54,597 nt of DNA from a virus (lineage: Duplodnaviria > Heunggongvirae > Uroviricota > Caudoviricetes): positions 72,953 to 127,549 of the IMG/VR virus record IMGVR_UViG_3300026097_000012; one strand, given 5' to 3'. Positions within the stretch are counted from its first letter, which is position 1, and each line of letters opens with the position of its first letter. Of this stretch, positions 1-8,574 are shown piece by piece. Under the pieces are notes generated by a model. The model did not search any database. It worked only from the letters and a program-made list of their open reading frames with translations, and was not told the DNA's origin. A program made the translations under genes and the position numbers.

Positions 1-2
1 TG

Positions 3-191
3 AACGGAGAAATAACAGAACTTCCTCGCTCCATGTGTGATATAACCCAAGAGGAACGAGATGAATTACTTCTCTATTTAATAAAGGAACAGAGAAAGGT
101 TATTAATAAGAAGGATAAAAAGATAGAGGAATTCCAAGGTGTATTTAATGCTATAGGAAAGTTTATTCCTCGAAGTAGTAGATCCTTTTAA
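3..191 (+). CDS. 3' end of hypothetical protein (truncated by window)
   Basis: Open frame from window start to TAA 189-191 (NGEITELPRS...PRSSRSF*). Confidence 0.6.
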   Translation, partial: NGEITELPRSMCDITQEERDELLLYLIKEQRKVINKKDKKIEEFQGVFNAIGKFIPRSSRSF

Positions 192-1450
192 TTTTTACCT
201 AGAGATCCCGTATTTTCCCGGGATTTTTTTTTTCCTCTGGAGAAATTGCTTTTCTAGTACCCGGGCCCTGTGGAAAATTTTTGGCCCGTGGGAAATTCCC
301 GTTTTTTGCCCGTGGCCTTTATATTCACAAAATTCAACTTGACTTCGACCTATCCGCCCATATAGTGATCCTGGTGACCTGTTCTATATAGGCCCCAGGG
401 GGCCCTGAGGGCACCTGGAGGGCCCCTGGTGGCCCCTAGGGCTGCCTGAGTCTGAGAGCCCCACCTCTGGGTACTATATACCCTGCCTGAGAGGTCCACC
501 TTGGCCAGGGGTAGTCTATGGCCGCGTCAGATAGGGATCCCAGCTAGGGGTACCTCGCCCGGTAAGCTAGAAGCTAAAACTAAAAAGTTCGGTTTTGCTA
601 AGATAAGCGGTTTCTCGCTCTTGGATCTGAGCGAACCTTAAGACTTATAAGCCGTATGTAAAGATCCACTCCATATGCAGTTGACCAGGGTTGTGATGTA
701 GAGGTGGGAATTCCTCAAGTAGAGCTTTATAAAGAGTTATAACCTTAACGCTTTGGATCTAGAATTCATCGGTCGCTCAGTGACCTGATGGGGAAAAGGG
801 GAGATAAAGATCCAAAGCTTAAAATCCGTCCCTTTCGACTATTGACCAGGGTTAAAAGGTAGGGACTACATTATCTAAAAACTTAAGATACTCTTATACT
901 CTTCCCTTAGAAGAATACAGTTCCTAGCTCGGATTAGAAAAATAGTAAGTATTCCACCAGGAGCAAGGAAGAAAAAAACAACCTGAATGCTACTACTTTC
1001 TTTTTAGGCCGGATAGGTATAAAAAGTAAGATTTAGGAAACTCCATATTATACGCATTTATGGATTCTCGCTCTGTGACCTTGGTGAAGATTACCGTCCC
1101 TATTGGGCAACCCGGCCAATTGATTTAAAAACACTAAGTTTTTGTGAAAACAATGATCTTTCGCTCGGATGCTAAAATGTGAGAATTCTTTGTAGCATTA
1201 GCACTCTTCGCTCCGTCACCTAGTGGGCTGTAGAGCGAAAGGGATTACATAGCTATTGAATCTAACCGCTCAACTGTTGACCAGGGTTGACGAGTAGAAA
1301 CCCCATTTCTTACTTTTTAAACCTAAACGCGAAGCTCAACTGGATCTAGAAGTCATCGGTCGCTCTGTAAGAAGAGTTCTACTATTGGGAGAAGGGAGCG
1401 AGGCCAGATAGAGACATACACAGACATACCTGATAGAAGCTGGCTCCACA
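192..1450. repeat. Non-coding repeat-rich island with GC-rich core
   Basis: No ORF >=60 aa; GC-rich 390-560; TTGACCAGGGTT at 681, 842, 1277; GGATCTAGAA(T/G)TCATCGGTCGCTC at 755 and 1342; many TCGCTC hexamers. Confidence 0.8.
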
Positions 1451-1508
1451 TTAATTTTAAAATAATGGATTAAATATTTTTTTAATCTAAATAAAATGCC
1501 TATATTTA
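1396..1508 (+). promoter_or_regulatory. Dyad element + TATATTTA early-type promoter
   Basis: GAGCGA 1396, TGGCTC ends 1446; TATATTTA at 1501. Confidence 0.75.
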
Positions 1509-1533
1509 TAGTATAATAATAACAAACAATAAC

Positions 1534-1635
1534 ATGGAACTTAAACAGATAGGATTAGAATGTTTTGATTTTAATAATATTAAAATAGATACAACAGAGG
1601 CTGCACAAGATGCAATGACTCAGTCAGCCAACTAA
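1534..1635 (+). CDS. 33-aa small ORF
   Basis: ATG after A-rich leader, directly downstream of promoter 1501. Confidence 0.4.
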   Translation: MELKQIGLECFDFNNIKIDTTEAAQDAMTQSAN

Positions 1636-1643
1636 AGATAACC

Positions 1644-1741
1644 GTGAGAGCGCCGTAGGTCCTTGAGACAGAAGAGACGGACCCATTCGTAAGATGGGCG
1701 GCATCATGCCTTAGTAGGTTTGAATCCTACCTCTCCAACCA
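1644..1741 (+). tRNA. Atypical tRNA-Tyr(GTA)-like gene with expanded D-loop
   Basis: D stem CCGT/ACGG, anticodon stem CCCAT/ATGGG with loop TCGTAAG, variable stem GGCA/TGCC, T arm GTAGG-TTTGAAT-CCTAC, 3' CTCTCCA-A-CCA; several canonical positions deviate. Confidence 0.7.
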
Positions 1742-1745
1742 ATTG

Positions 1746-1779
1746 AAAAAGGAACACTCGAAATGGGGGTTCCTTTTTT
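1746..1779 (+). terminator. Intrinsic terminator
   Basis: GGAAC..GTTCC hairpin + T run. Confidence 0.7.
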
Positions 1780-1806
1780 AGTATAGTAAGATTTAAATAA
1801 AAAACT

Positions 1807-2253
1807 ATGTGGGCAATATTTGATTTAGACGGTACTCTCGCCGATATTGAAGAGCGAAGAAGGTTAGCTTCTAAAGGCGACGGTAAGATTAATTGGGGCA
1901 TTTTCTTTAATCCAGAAAATATAAAGCTAGATAAACCTCTACTTAAAACTATATTTCTTTTACAGACTTTAAGATCTCAAGGTCTAGGAATCGCGATACT
2001 TAGCGGTAGAGGCGAAGAGACTCGCGCTGCGACAGAACACTGGTTAAAGGAAAACGGCGTAGAATACGATAAGCTAATAATGCGTCCAGTTCAGAACTAC
2101 GAACCTGACGACGAGCTCAAGCGAACATGGCTCAATGCTGAGTTTCCAAACCGTGACCAGATACTTTGCGTGTTTGATGATCGGGACAAGGTCGTGGCGA
2201 TGTGGAGGAGGGAAGGATTGCTCTGTTGTCAAGTAGCACCTGGAGATTTTTAG
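1807..2253 (+). CDS. HAD-family polynucleotide 3'-phosphatase (T4 PseT C-terminal-domain-like)
   Basis: DLDGT motif I, SGR motif II, FDDR..VVAMWRREG..CCQVAPGDF end. Confidence 0.88.
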   Translation: MWAIFDLDGTLADIEERRRLASKGDGKINWGIFFNPENIKLDKPLLKTIFLLQTLRSQGLGIAILSGRGEETRAATEHWLKENGVEYDKLIMRPVQNYEPDDELKRTWLNAEFPNRDQILCVFDDRDKVVAMWRREGLLCCQVAPGDF

Positions 2254-2303
2254 TAGCCGAACCGCGTACATCCAGGCTATGTCCGGTGATGTCTTAATCC
2301 CCT

Positions 2304-2362
2304 TGGCTCTCCACTTTATTTTAGCTAATTGGTAAAAGATATAATAATAATTGTTATATTTA
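2304..2362 (+). promoter_or_regulatory. TATATTTA promoter with dyad right half-site only
   Basis: TGGCTC ends 2309 (46 bp upstream); TATATTTA at 2355. Confidence 0.65.
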
Positions 2363-2384
2363 TAGTATAACTTAAACAAACGAT

Positions 2385-2636
2385 ATGGAAAGGGGACTTG
2401 CTGGATATTGGATATCTACTGATAATTTAAAGTTCAATGCTATGACCAATACTTTTGTTGGAGAAGCTTCTGAACTAGGAATTATAGAGTTTGACAAATC
2501 ATACGTACTCTGGAATCCTAAAACAAACGGTTCTTCTTACCTTGAATTTGATAAGTTCGATAAGAACGGAGAAGAGATATCAGGAGCTCGATACTCCTCT
2601 CATCAAGGTTACAAACTATTAATTATAAACGATTAG
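2385..2636 (+). CDS. hypothetical protein
   Basis: First ORF after promoter 2355. Confidence 0.75.
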   Translation: MERGLAGYWISTDNLKFNAMTNTFVGEASELGIIEFDKSYVLWNPKTNGSSYLEFDKFDKNGEEISGARYSSHQGYKLLIIND

Positions 2637-2743
2637 TATGAAAAGTCTAAAAGAAAAACGAGAAATAGTAAAGAGGGCGAAGATCATAAGACATACGTTT
2701 CTAAGTAGATCAAAGTTCTCAGCCATTAAATACATTTTAAAAT

Positions 2744-2977
2744 ATGACAAGTAAAGTAATAGCAGTAAAGTGGAAGACCGGAAAAGAATGTATCGGTATT
2801 GTTATAGTTGATACTGGATTCGGAATCAAAGGCTACATCAAGAAGGTAGATGGCATGGACCAAGACAGAGACATTACGCAAGTAGCAGAATGGGGAACGG
2901 GCTTGGACTCTTCAGAGATAGAGGGTTTCTTCCCCCATCGATCAGAAGAATTTAGATCAATAGGATATTCAAACTAA
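2744..2977 (+). CDS. hypothetical protein
   Basis: ORF in + operon. Confidence 0.7.
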   Translation: MTSKVIAVKWKTGKECIGIVIVDTGFGIKGYIKKVDGMDQDRDITQVAEWGTGLDSSEIEGFFPHRSEEFRSIGYSN

Positions 2978-2982
2978 AAAAC

Positions 2983-3255
2983 ATGAAGAACTTACAATTA
3001 TTAAAAGACAAGTTAAACTCAGTGCGAGATCGCAACCGTGAAGCTAAAGTAGGAGAGTCTCTTGTTTGTCCTTCATGTGGAACTGGATTTAAGAAGAGGA
3101 GTTATCAACAGGTATTTTGTAAATCTAAAACCGGTACTAAATGTAAAGACAGATTTTGGAATACAGTAGACGAGAGTAAGCGTAACAACCAAGACAGACT
3201 AAGTTTATCGCGCGTCGTTTGGTTATTTGAAAAAGAAATGGAAGATTTAATTTAA
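2983..3255 (+). CDS. Cys-rich (Zn-finger-like) hypothetical protein
   Basis: CPSC..C..C pattern. Confidence 0.7.
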   Translation: MKNLQLLKDKLNSVRDRNREAKVGESLVCPSCGTGFKKRSYQQVFCKSKTGTKCKDRFWNTVDESKRNNQDRLSLSRVVWLFEKEMEDLI

Positions 3256-3265
3256 AATAGGAATC

Positions 3266-3544
3266 ATGGGAAAATACGTAAATGTAAATTTGAACGGAAG
3301 GCCTCTAAATGCTAGAGGTAAAGCTTCTAATCTCGTAATGTCTGGTGCAGAACGCATTGAAGAACCAGAAAGCTTAGCACAACATCCAGGTAAGGCGGTT
3401 CTTTGTGTAGTAGAAAACGGACCTTTTGATGCGGCGGCTTGGGCTTACAGTCAGGACGAACTCAATTGCTTCAAACGCGAAGACGGCCGGCTTAAGTCTT
3501 GGTTGACAGTAGACGAATCTGTAATTGAATCTTTAATCGATTAA
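3266..3544 (+). CDS. hypothetical protein
   Basis: ORF before terminator. Confidence 0.75.
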   Translation: MGKYVNVNLNGRPLNARGKASNLVMSGAERIEEPESLAQHPGKAVLCVVENGPFDAAAWAYSQDELNCFKREDGRLKSWLTVDESVIESLID

Positions 3545-3570
3545 ATCCAGGGTAAACTTAATCTGATAAG

Positions 3571-3595
3571 AGGCCTGCAAACGCGGGCCTTTTTT
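3571..3595 (+). terminator. Intrinsic terminator
   Basis: AGGCCTGC-AAAC-GCGGGCCT + T run. Confidence 0.8.
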
Positions 3596-3610
3596 ATGCT
3601 ATAAGCTCTG

Positions 3611-3803
3611 GAGCCAGTGAGCTTTGTAAGCTACGCTATGCAACTGGCTCAAGCACAGTCGAGCCAAGTCAGAGACAAGGAGTTCGCTCTAAGCTCCCGA
3701 GAGCCAGTGGTCTCTGTTAAGAGGCGGTGCTCATTGGCCCTAAGAAAATTTGAAAAATAAATGGCGAAATATTTTAAGTACCACAATATTATTCTTATAT
3801 TTA
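3611..3803 (+). promoter_or_regulatory. Three tandem dyads + promoter
   Basis: Dyads 3611-3650, 3661-3689, 3701-3740; TATATTTA at 3796. Confidence 0.8.
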
Positions 3804-3825
3804 ACTATAACTTAAAACAAACACA

Positions 3826-4170
3826 ATGATCGTTAAATTAAATGACCGAATAATTAATCTAGACTTAGTAAAAGAAGTCTCGGAAATTACCGCGTATCTT
3901 GTTAATGAAAAACGAGATGGAAACAGTGGATATATCCATATCATACGAACCAAAAAGGATATTGTTAGATGGTTGGATATTTCAAATACTGGAACAGAGA
4001 GTCAACAAGAGTATGAAGTAATCTTTGGATTTCAAATCTTTTATTTGGAAGAGAAATATCCAAAGCACGTAAAGGTTTCTCTCCACCAAAGCGAAGCGAG
4101 AAAGGCGAGAGAGGCGTTCGCAACCCTTTTAAATAATAATAACCCTGTAATACACGAAGTAAAATGGTAA
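3826..4170 (+). CDS. hypothetical protein
   Basis: First ORF after promoter. Confidence 0.75.
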   Translation: MIVKLNDRIINLDLVKEVSEITAYLVNEKRDGNSGYIHIIRTKKDIVRWLDISNTGTESQQEYEVIFGFQIFYLEEKYPKHVKVSLHQSEARKAREAFATLLNNNNPVIHEVKW

Positions 4171-4343
4171 GAGTAATATGTTTAGGAATCGGATTGAATA
4201 TGTTCTTTCAAGAGTGGGTATCAATAATCGACGCTCCACCACAACCAAAGGAAATCTTTCATAAACCTGGCTTTCAGAACCGAGTTTATACAAAGGTAAA
4301 AGGCTATAAAGTTCCGCACTTAACTCGAATGCAGAACAAATAG
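4164..4343 (+). CDS. 59-aa hypothetical protein
   Basis: Start overlaps end of upstream gene; ends before terminator. Confidence 0.5.
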   Translation: MVRVICLGIGLNMFFQEWVSIIDAPPQPKEIFHKPGFQNRVYTKVKGYKVPHLTRMQNK

Positions 4344-4362
4344 ACCTAGTAAGTCTCTCTTT

Positions 4363-4388
4363 AAACCCCCTCTATTGGGGGTTTTTTT
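4363..4388 (+). terminator. Intrinsic terminator
   Basis: AAACCCCC..GGGGGTTT + T run. Confidence 0.8.
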
Positions 4389-4395
4389 GTTTCCG

Positions 4396-4508
4396 GAGTA
4401 AGAAAAGAAGAAAGGAATCTGGCAAGAGGCGGGAGAAGTTCGCTCCTCATAAATTTGAAAAATAATTAATAAAAAGTTTTTTATATCCATCAATTATTCT
4501 TATATTTA
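4396..4508 (+). promoter_or_regulatory. Dyad (50 bp variant) + promoter
   Basis: TTCGCTC ends 4445; TATATTTA at 4501. Confidence 0.75.
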
Positions 4509-4532
4509 ACTATAACTTAAAACAAACAGATT

Positions 4533-4730
4533 ATGAATTGCGACAGATGTCACACAGAATCACCCCGCTTTACGAAAATGAGTTTCTTCAATATGGACAC
4601 AATATGTCCTGAGTGTGAAGCTAAGGAAAAAGCACATCCACAGTATGAGGCGGCGAGAAAGAAAGAAAGAGAAGAATGTTTAAAGGGTAATATGAATTAT
4701 CCTGGAATCGGAAAACCTGCTGACCTATGA
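4533..4730 (+). CDS. Zn-ribbon-like hypothetical protein
   Basis: CDRC..CPEC. Confidence 0.75.
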   Translation: MNCDRCHTESPRFTKMSFFNMDTICPECEAKEKAHPQYEAARKKEREECLKGNMNYPGIGKPADL

Positions 4731-5035
4731 TTAAGAGCAAAGACGAATTAAAGAGGAGACCTATTGAGATAGATCTAACGGGTCCAGATGGTAATGTATT
4801 CTATTTAATGGCTACAGCAAAGCGGTTATCGCGCCAGCTTTACGACTTCGTAACAGAAGAGCTTGAAAATGCTCGAGCAGTAGATGAATCATTAAAGCTG
4901 TTATATGACGGAGACTTTAAAACTCCTGAAAACATGGGAGACTGGATCGTAGAAGAAATGATGAAGTCTGATTACGAACATGCAGTTCAAGTTTTTGATA
5001 AATATTTTGGCGCAGTTGTAACACTGTACCGTTAA
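4727..5035 (+). CDS. conserved phage hypothetical protein
   Basis: IDLTGPDGNVFYLM motif; ATGA overlap. Confidence 0.75.
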   Translation: MIKSKDELKRRPIEIDLTGPDGNVFYLMATAKRLSRQLYDFVTEELENARAVDESLKLLYDGDFKTPENMGDWIVEEMMKSDYEHAVQVFDKYFGAVVTLYR

Positions 5036-5048
5036 CTACGGAGTAACT

Positions 5049-5306
5049 ATGGAAGAAGTAATAAACTTAATATCCGACCGAGACGAGATACTCGAGGACA
5101 AGGTGGCCGAGTTTCAGAAGAAACTAATTGACATACATCCTAAATTTAAAGTCGGACAGGTAATTCTTTTTTGGGGAGGATATAATAACGATATCCGATA
5201 CCGATCTGAAATAATTGGATTTAACGAGGACGGAGAAATCTACGTTATGTGGGATTGTTATTGGTTCCCTATTAGAGATGAAGAATCAAGAGAAATAGAA
5301 TTATAA
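5049..5306 (+). CDS. hypothetical protein
   Basis: ORF before terminator. Confidence 0.7.
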   Translation: MEEVINLISDRDEILEDKVAEFQKKLIDIHPKFKVGQVILFWGGYNNDIRYRSEIIGFNEDGEIYVMWDCYWFPIRDEESREIEL

Positions 5307-5329
5307 ACGGGTTTGTTTAAGTTAGATGG

Positions 5330-5352
5330 AACCTCAACTTCGGTTGGGGTTT
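5330..5352 (+). terminator. Intrinsic terminator
   Basis: AACCTCAAC-TTCG-GTTGGGGTT. Confidence 0.75.
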
Positions 5353-5361
5353 CGTCGTTTA

Positions 5362-5539
5362 GAGCGGTAAGCTTAGCGACGTGCCCGAGGAGGGTTGGCT
5401 CAGAAAGCTTTGACTACGGAGTTCACCGTGCACGCCGGGACCAGTGGGATCCCGGTACACAAGAGCACGGCTGGCCCTTAGAGAAATGCACAAAAATATT
5501 CTCAGGATTTTTTATAATGAAGAATAATTCTTATATTTA
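5362..5539 (+). promoter_or_regulatory. Dyad-decamer-dyad + promoter
   Basis: Dyads 5362-5401 and 5438-5477, ACTACGGAGT 5413; TATATTTA at 5532. Confidence 0.75.
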
Positions 5540-5561
5540 ACTATAACTTAAAACAAACACG

Positions 5562-5771
5562 ATGAGTAATTTTATAGATCACATCAAATTAGCAACAGAG
5601 AATATAGTTCTATGTAGTGGTATATGTTCTAAGAAAGAGCATTACGAGTACGCTGAGAAGATGGAAAAGATGCTTAAGCATCAGTTAAAAGAGGAGTTAA
5701 CTGAAATTGTAAATGATCACGAGATGATGGAAGAAAGACTTTGTGAATTTATTCAAAAACTAGGAGTATGA
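5562..5771 (+). CDS. hypothetical protein
   Basis: First ORF after promoter. Confidence 0.7.
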   Translation: MSNFIDHIKLATENIVLCSGICSKKEHYEYAEKMEKMLKHQLKEELTEIVNDHEMMEERLCEFIQKLGV

Positions 5772-5932
5772 AAAAGAAACCGACAATGACCAAAGCTCAA
5801 TTAACTCAGAGAGTTAATGAAGAAGCAAAGAGAATGCGAGAAGACATTAAAAGACAAGGAGGCAATCTTACCTTTGCTGAATGCAAGAAGGAGGCTCGTA
5901 AAGTATTCATGGAAGAATTCGAAATAGTTTAA
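5768..5932 (+). CDS. 54-aa basic hypothetical protein
   Basis: ATGA overlap with upstream gene. Confidence 0.55.
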   Translation: MKKKPTMTKAQLTQRVNEEAKRMREDIKRQGGNLTFAECKKEARKVFMEEFEIV

Positions 5933-6013
5933 GTCTAGGACACCCAATTCTCTTAGACATTTAATCTTACTTCAAAGAGATTATCTTATCATAGAGGGAC
6001 CCGAGTTAATCAC

Positions 6014-6044
6014 AAGAGGAATCTAAACAGGTTCCTCTTTTTTT
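6014..6044 (+). terminator. Intrinsic terminator
   Basis: AAGAGGAA..TTCCTCTT + T run. Confidence 0.75.
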
Positions 6045-6057
6045 ATCTCTACTTATC

Positions 6058-6209
6058 GAGCAAGTCGATAGGTTTCAAGAGAGAGGAGAGCTCGCTCGTC
6101 TCTGTTTGAGCCAGTGTGCTTTCGATCCTAACCTAGAGACCTCGACCTAGAGTATTTCAAAAATAAGTATAATTATATTTTAGGTTATCAATTATTATTC
6201 TTATATTTA
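6058..6209 (+). promoter_or_regulatory. Two tandem dyads + promoter
   Basis: 6058-6097 and 6108-6147; TATATTTA at 6202. Confidence 0.75.
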
Positions 6210-6232
6210 ATTATAACTTAAAACAAACAGAT

Positions 6233-6388
6233 ATGTATTCATTATATTGTAGCTACTACGACAAAGAGTTTAATTCCCTTGAGGAGCTAATTGAGGACGT
6301 GACCATCAATGGCATGGACCCAAACTATGAGGTGACCAGAGATGGCAAGGGTATTGGAGAGAACGCCATAGATTTTATTCAATTTTAA
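6233..6388 (+). CDS. 51-aa acidic hypothetical protein
   Basis: First ORF after promoter 6202. Confidence 0.6.
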   Translation: MYSLYCSYYDKEFNSLEELIEDVTINGMDPNYEVTRDGKGIGENAIDFIQF

Positions 6389-6398
6389 AAATAATATT

Positions 6399-6611
6399 AT
6401 GGATAAGCCAAAACTATACGTACTTATGTCTTATGATGAAGATGGTACCGACACATCTATATTCTTAGACAAAGATGAAGCGTTAGAAGAATTCGAAAGA
6501 GCAAGTGGAGACGACAAGGTCGTAGGAGAAGTAGAAGAATACAAATCCTTCGGACAAGGAGCATGGGGAGATTGGTATGGAATCAAAATAATTAAGAAAT
6601 CTGATGGTTAA
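6399..6611 (+). CDS. acidic hypothetical protein
   Basis: ORF in operon. Confidence 0.7.
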   Translation: MDKPKLYVLMSYDEDGTDTSIFLDKDEALEEFERASGDDKVVGEVEEYKSFGQGAWGDWYGIKIIKKSDG

Positions 6612-6855
6612 GTGGGATAAGAAAATAGAAGACAGGCACATGAAGGGAAATACTCCCTTCGGTGAGGTCTGGATCCGGTTTGACCGGGAAGGTAAAGCAA
6701 TCGGTTTATATACCTGTTTTGGCGATACTCAGAAATGGATTCCGGACGAAGAGTGGATGCAAGATCTCGAAGGAGCCCAGCTCAGATTAGAGGAACTTAC
6801 AGAAGATACCAAACGTTTACGTGATTGGGGTGAGGGACTACGGAGTAAAGATTAA
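6604..6855 (+). CDS. hypothetical protein
   Basis: ORF in operon. Confidence 0.65.
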   Translation: MVKWDKKIEDRHMKGNTPFGEVWIRFDREGKAIGLYTCFGDTQKWIPDEEWMQDLEGAQLRLEELTEDTKRLRDWGEGLRSKD

Positions 6856-6919
6856 ATTACATTATATTCTAAAACTGAGACCAGAATTACCTGTATAAGA
6901 AATAAATAATACTATAGAC

Positions 6920-7120
6920 ATGGAAAGCCAAATACATTCAATAATCGATCAATGGAAAGAAGAAACTGGTAATCAGAAGTCTATCTCGTCTGACTCGATT
7001 AAGGTTAAGTATGCAGACCGTGAGGTAGGGATATATACTATTTATCTTATGTTAAATCCTACAGTAAGGATTAAAGCATTGCTGAATGGCCCTGCTTGGA
7101 AAATCATAGAATTAAAATGA
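6920..7120 (+). CDS. hypothetical protein
   Basis: ORF in operon. Confidence 0.65.
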   Translation: MESQIHSIIDQWKEETGNQKSISSDSIKVKYADREVGIYTIYLMLNPTVRIKALLNGPAWKIIELK

Positions 7121-7410
7121 GACTTAACGAACCTTTTACTAAACTACTAACGTCAGTAGATGACCAGCTCGGAAGAGACGAAGAATCTATACACCTATTT
7201 GAATGGGTACTAGAAGAACACTATGAATCTAAAATTATAGAGAACATGGATTTTTTTCAAGAAAGGCCTGATCTTCGCTCAATTCAAAACGAACAAATGC
7301 TTCATGAATTAGATGTAATGGAAGCCTACTTCGTATCAAAGGAAGAGTATGAGAAATGCGCGTCAATCGTAAAGATTCGTTCTGATTTAAAACAAATTAT
7401 TTCTGCATAA
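7117..7410 (+). CDS. UVR-motif-containing protein (start reassigned to 7117)
   Basis: C-terminal EEYEKCASIVKIRSDL; ATGA overlap at 7117. Confidence 0.7.
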   Translation: MRLNEPFTKLLTSVDDQLGRDEESIHLFEWVLEEHYESKIIENMDFFQERPDLRSIQNEQMLHELDVMEAYFVSKEEYEKCASIVKIRSDLKQIISA

Positions 7411-7436
7411 TATTTTTTTATTCCAAATAAGTTTCT

Positions 7437-7444
7437 TATATTTA
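7437..7444 (+). promoter_or_regulatory. TATATTTA promoter
   Basis: Followed by TAACTTAAAACAAG leader; degenerate half-site TTCGTTC ends 7382 (55 bp upstream). Confidence 0.7.
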
Positions 7445-7466
7445 CTTTATAACTTAAAACAAGGCA

Positions 7467-7856
7467 ATGGCAAAAGGAACTAATGAATGGATAGGAGGTA
7501 GTTTCCATAACGTAACTATCACTGCCACCATAAACGATCTTATATTAGCATTAGGAGAACCACAGGTCTTTGATAATAGCGGAGAAGATAAAGTAAACGT
7601 TGAATGGGGTGCAGTCACTGAGGCAGGATTCCGTTTCACGATTTACGATTGGAAAGAATACAGAGTTTTAGATTTAGACGAACCTATTACTTTCCATATT
7701 GGAAGTACGAAAGGAGCAATTCAAGAATGGGAAGCAGAAGCTGAAGTAATTGCCGATATAGTAAAAATTAAAAAGAATGAAGAGATGCTTGAGTCAGGAT
7801 TAAGCGAAGAGGAATACGATGCTCTCTCTGAACTAGAAGAAATAAACAAAGAATGA
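7467..7856 (+). CDS. conserved phage hypothetical protein
   Basis: DKVNVEW..FTIYDWKEY motif. Confidence 0.75.
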   Translation: MAKGTNEWIGGSFHNVTITATINDLILALGEPQVFDNSGEDKVNVEWGAVTEAGFRFTIYDWKEYRVLDLDEPITFHIGSTKGAIQEWEAEAEVIADIVKIKKNEEMLESGLSEEEYDALSELEEINKE

Positions 7857-8125
7857 AAGATATAATAATTGAACGAATGTTAAAAGATACTAACAACGAA
7901 GGATTCCATATTCTGGACGAGTATGGATTACAAGCCTTCTTAGATCTTACGGCGACGAGTCATGATCCGATAGAAGGAATTAGGGATCTTAATAAAATGA
8001 AAAATTATTTTATTAGAGAAGAGGATTACCGTAAGTGCGCAAAGATACAAGACTGTATTAATGTCTTATGGGTCGATGGTCCTGAGAAACAAGGTCTAAA
8101 AAAAGAATTAGAAATATTAGTTTAA
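7853..8125 (+). CDS. UVR-motif-containing protein
   Basis: EEDYRKCAKIQDCI. Confidence 0.7.
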   Translation: MKDIIIERMLKDTNNEGFHILDEYGLQAFLDLTATSHDPIEGIRDLNKMKNYFIREEDYRKCAKIQDCINVLWVDGPEKQGLKKELEILV

Positions 8126-8146
8126 ATCCAGCTTGTTTAAGTTAGG

Positions 8147-8172
8147 AAAAGGTCGGAGAAATCCGACCTTTT
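8147..8172 (+). terminator. Intrinsic terminator
   Basis: AAAAGGTCGGA-GAAA-TCCGACCTTTT. Confidence 0.85.
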
Positions 8173-8189
8173 CTTTTTCCTGAGGATCT

Positions 8190-8292
8190 GAGCCAAGTAT
8201 GCCCGGATAATAAACGATCCCGTTGGCTCTAAACAAATTTGCAAAAAAGTTTAAGAAATATTATAATAAGTGGTATATTATTCTTATATTTA
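8190..8292 (+). promoter_or_regulatory. Dyad + promoter
   Basis: 8190-8229 (40 bp); TATATTTA at 8285. Confidence 0.8.
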
Positions 8293-8318
8293 TAGTATAA
8301 CTTAAAAACAAACAAGAT

Positions 8319-8573
8319 ATGGTAATGACACCGATTGACGCAGACACACTGCGAAGCAAATTGAATGAAGGCACAGTGCAATTCGCATTTAAGAAAAAAG
8401 ACGGGACCCTGCGAACTGCAGTGGGAACCACTAACTTGGATACGGTTCCCCTAGAGAGTCATCCATCAGGCGAAGGAGGAGAATCTTCTCGTGCATCAGT
8501 TCGATATTTTGACATGGGCAAGAACTCATGGAGATCATGTTCTGCTGACACTGAAATCTTTTTAGCAGATTAG
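8319..8573 (+). CDS. WYL_2/DUF2693-like SH3 beta-barrel protein
   Basis: VQFAFKKKDGTLRTAVGT..YFDMGKNSWRS. Confidence 0.75.
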   Translation: MVMTPIDADTLRSKLNEGTVQFAFKKKDGTLRTAVGTTNLDTVPLESHPSGEGGESSRASVRYFDMGKNSWRSCSADTEIFLAD

Positions 8574-8574
8574 A

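Noticed and set aside
1534-1741. tmRNA (short ORF next to a tRNA-like domain)
   Set aside because: The RNA has a full D stem and anticodon arm, and the peptide lacks the C-terminal AA tag.
3611-3740. Tandem dyads as a CRISPR mini-array or TIGR-like guide array
   Set aside because: No identical repeats, no cas or Tas gene in the window and no box C/D motifs. Units lie between terminator and promoter at a fixed distance from the promoter.
5313-5540. ORF 5313-5540
   Set aside because: It runs through a terminator, two dyads and a promoter from a TTG start; likely spurious.
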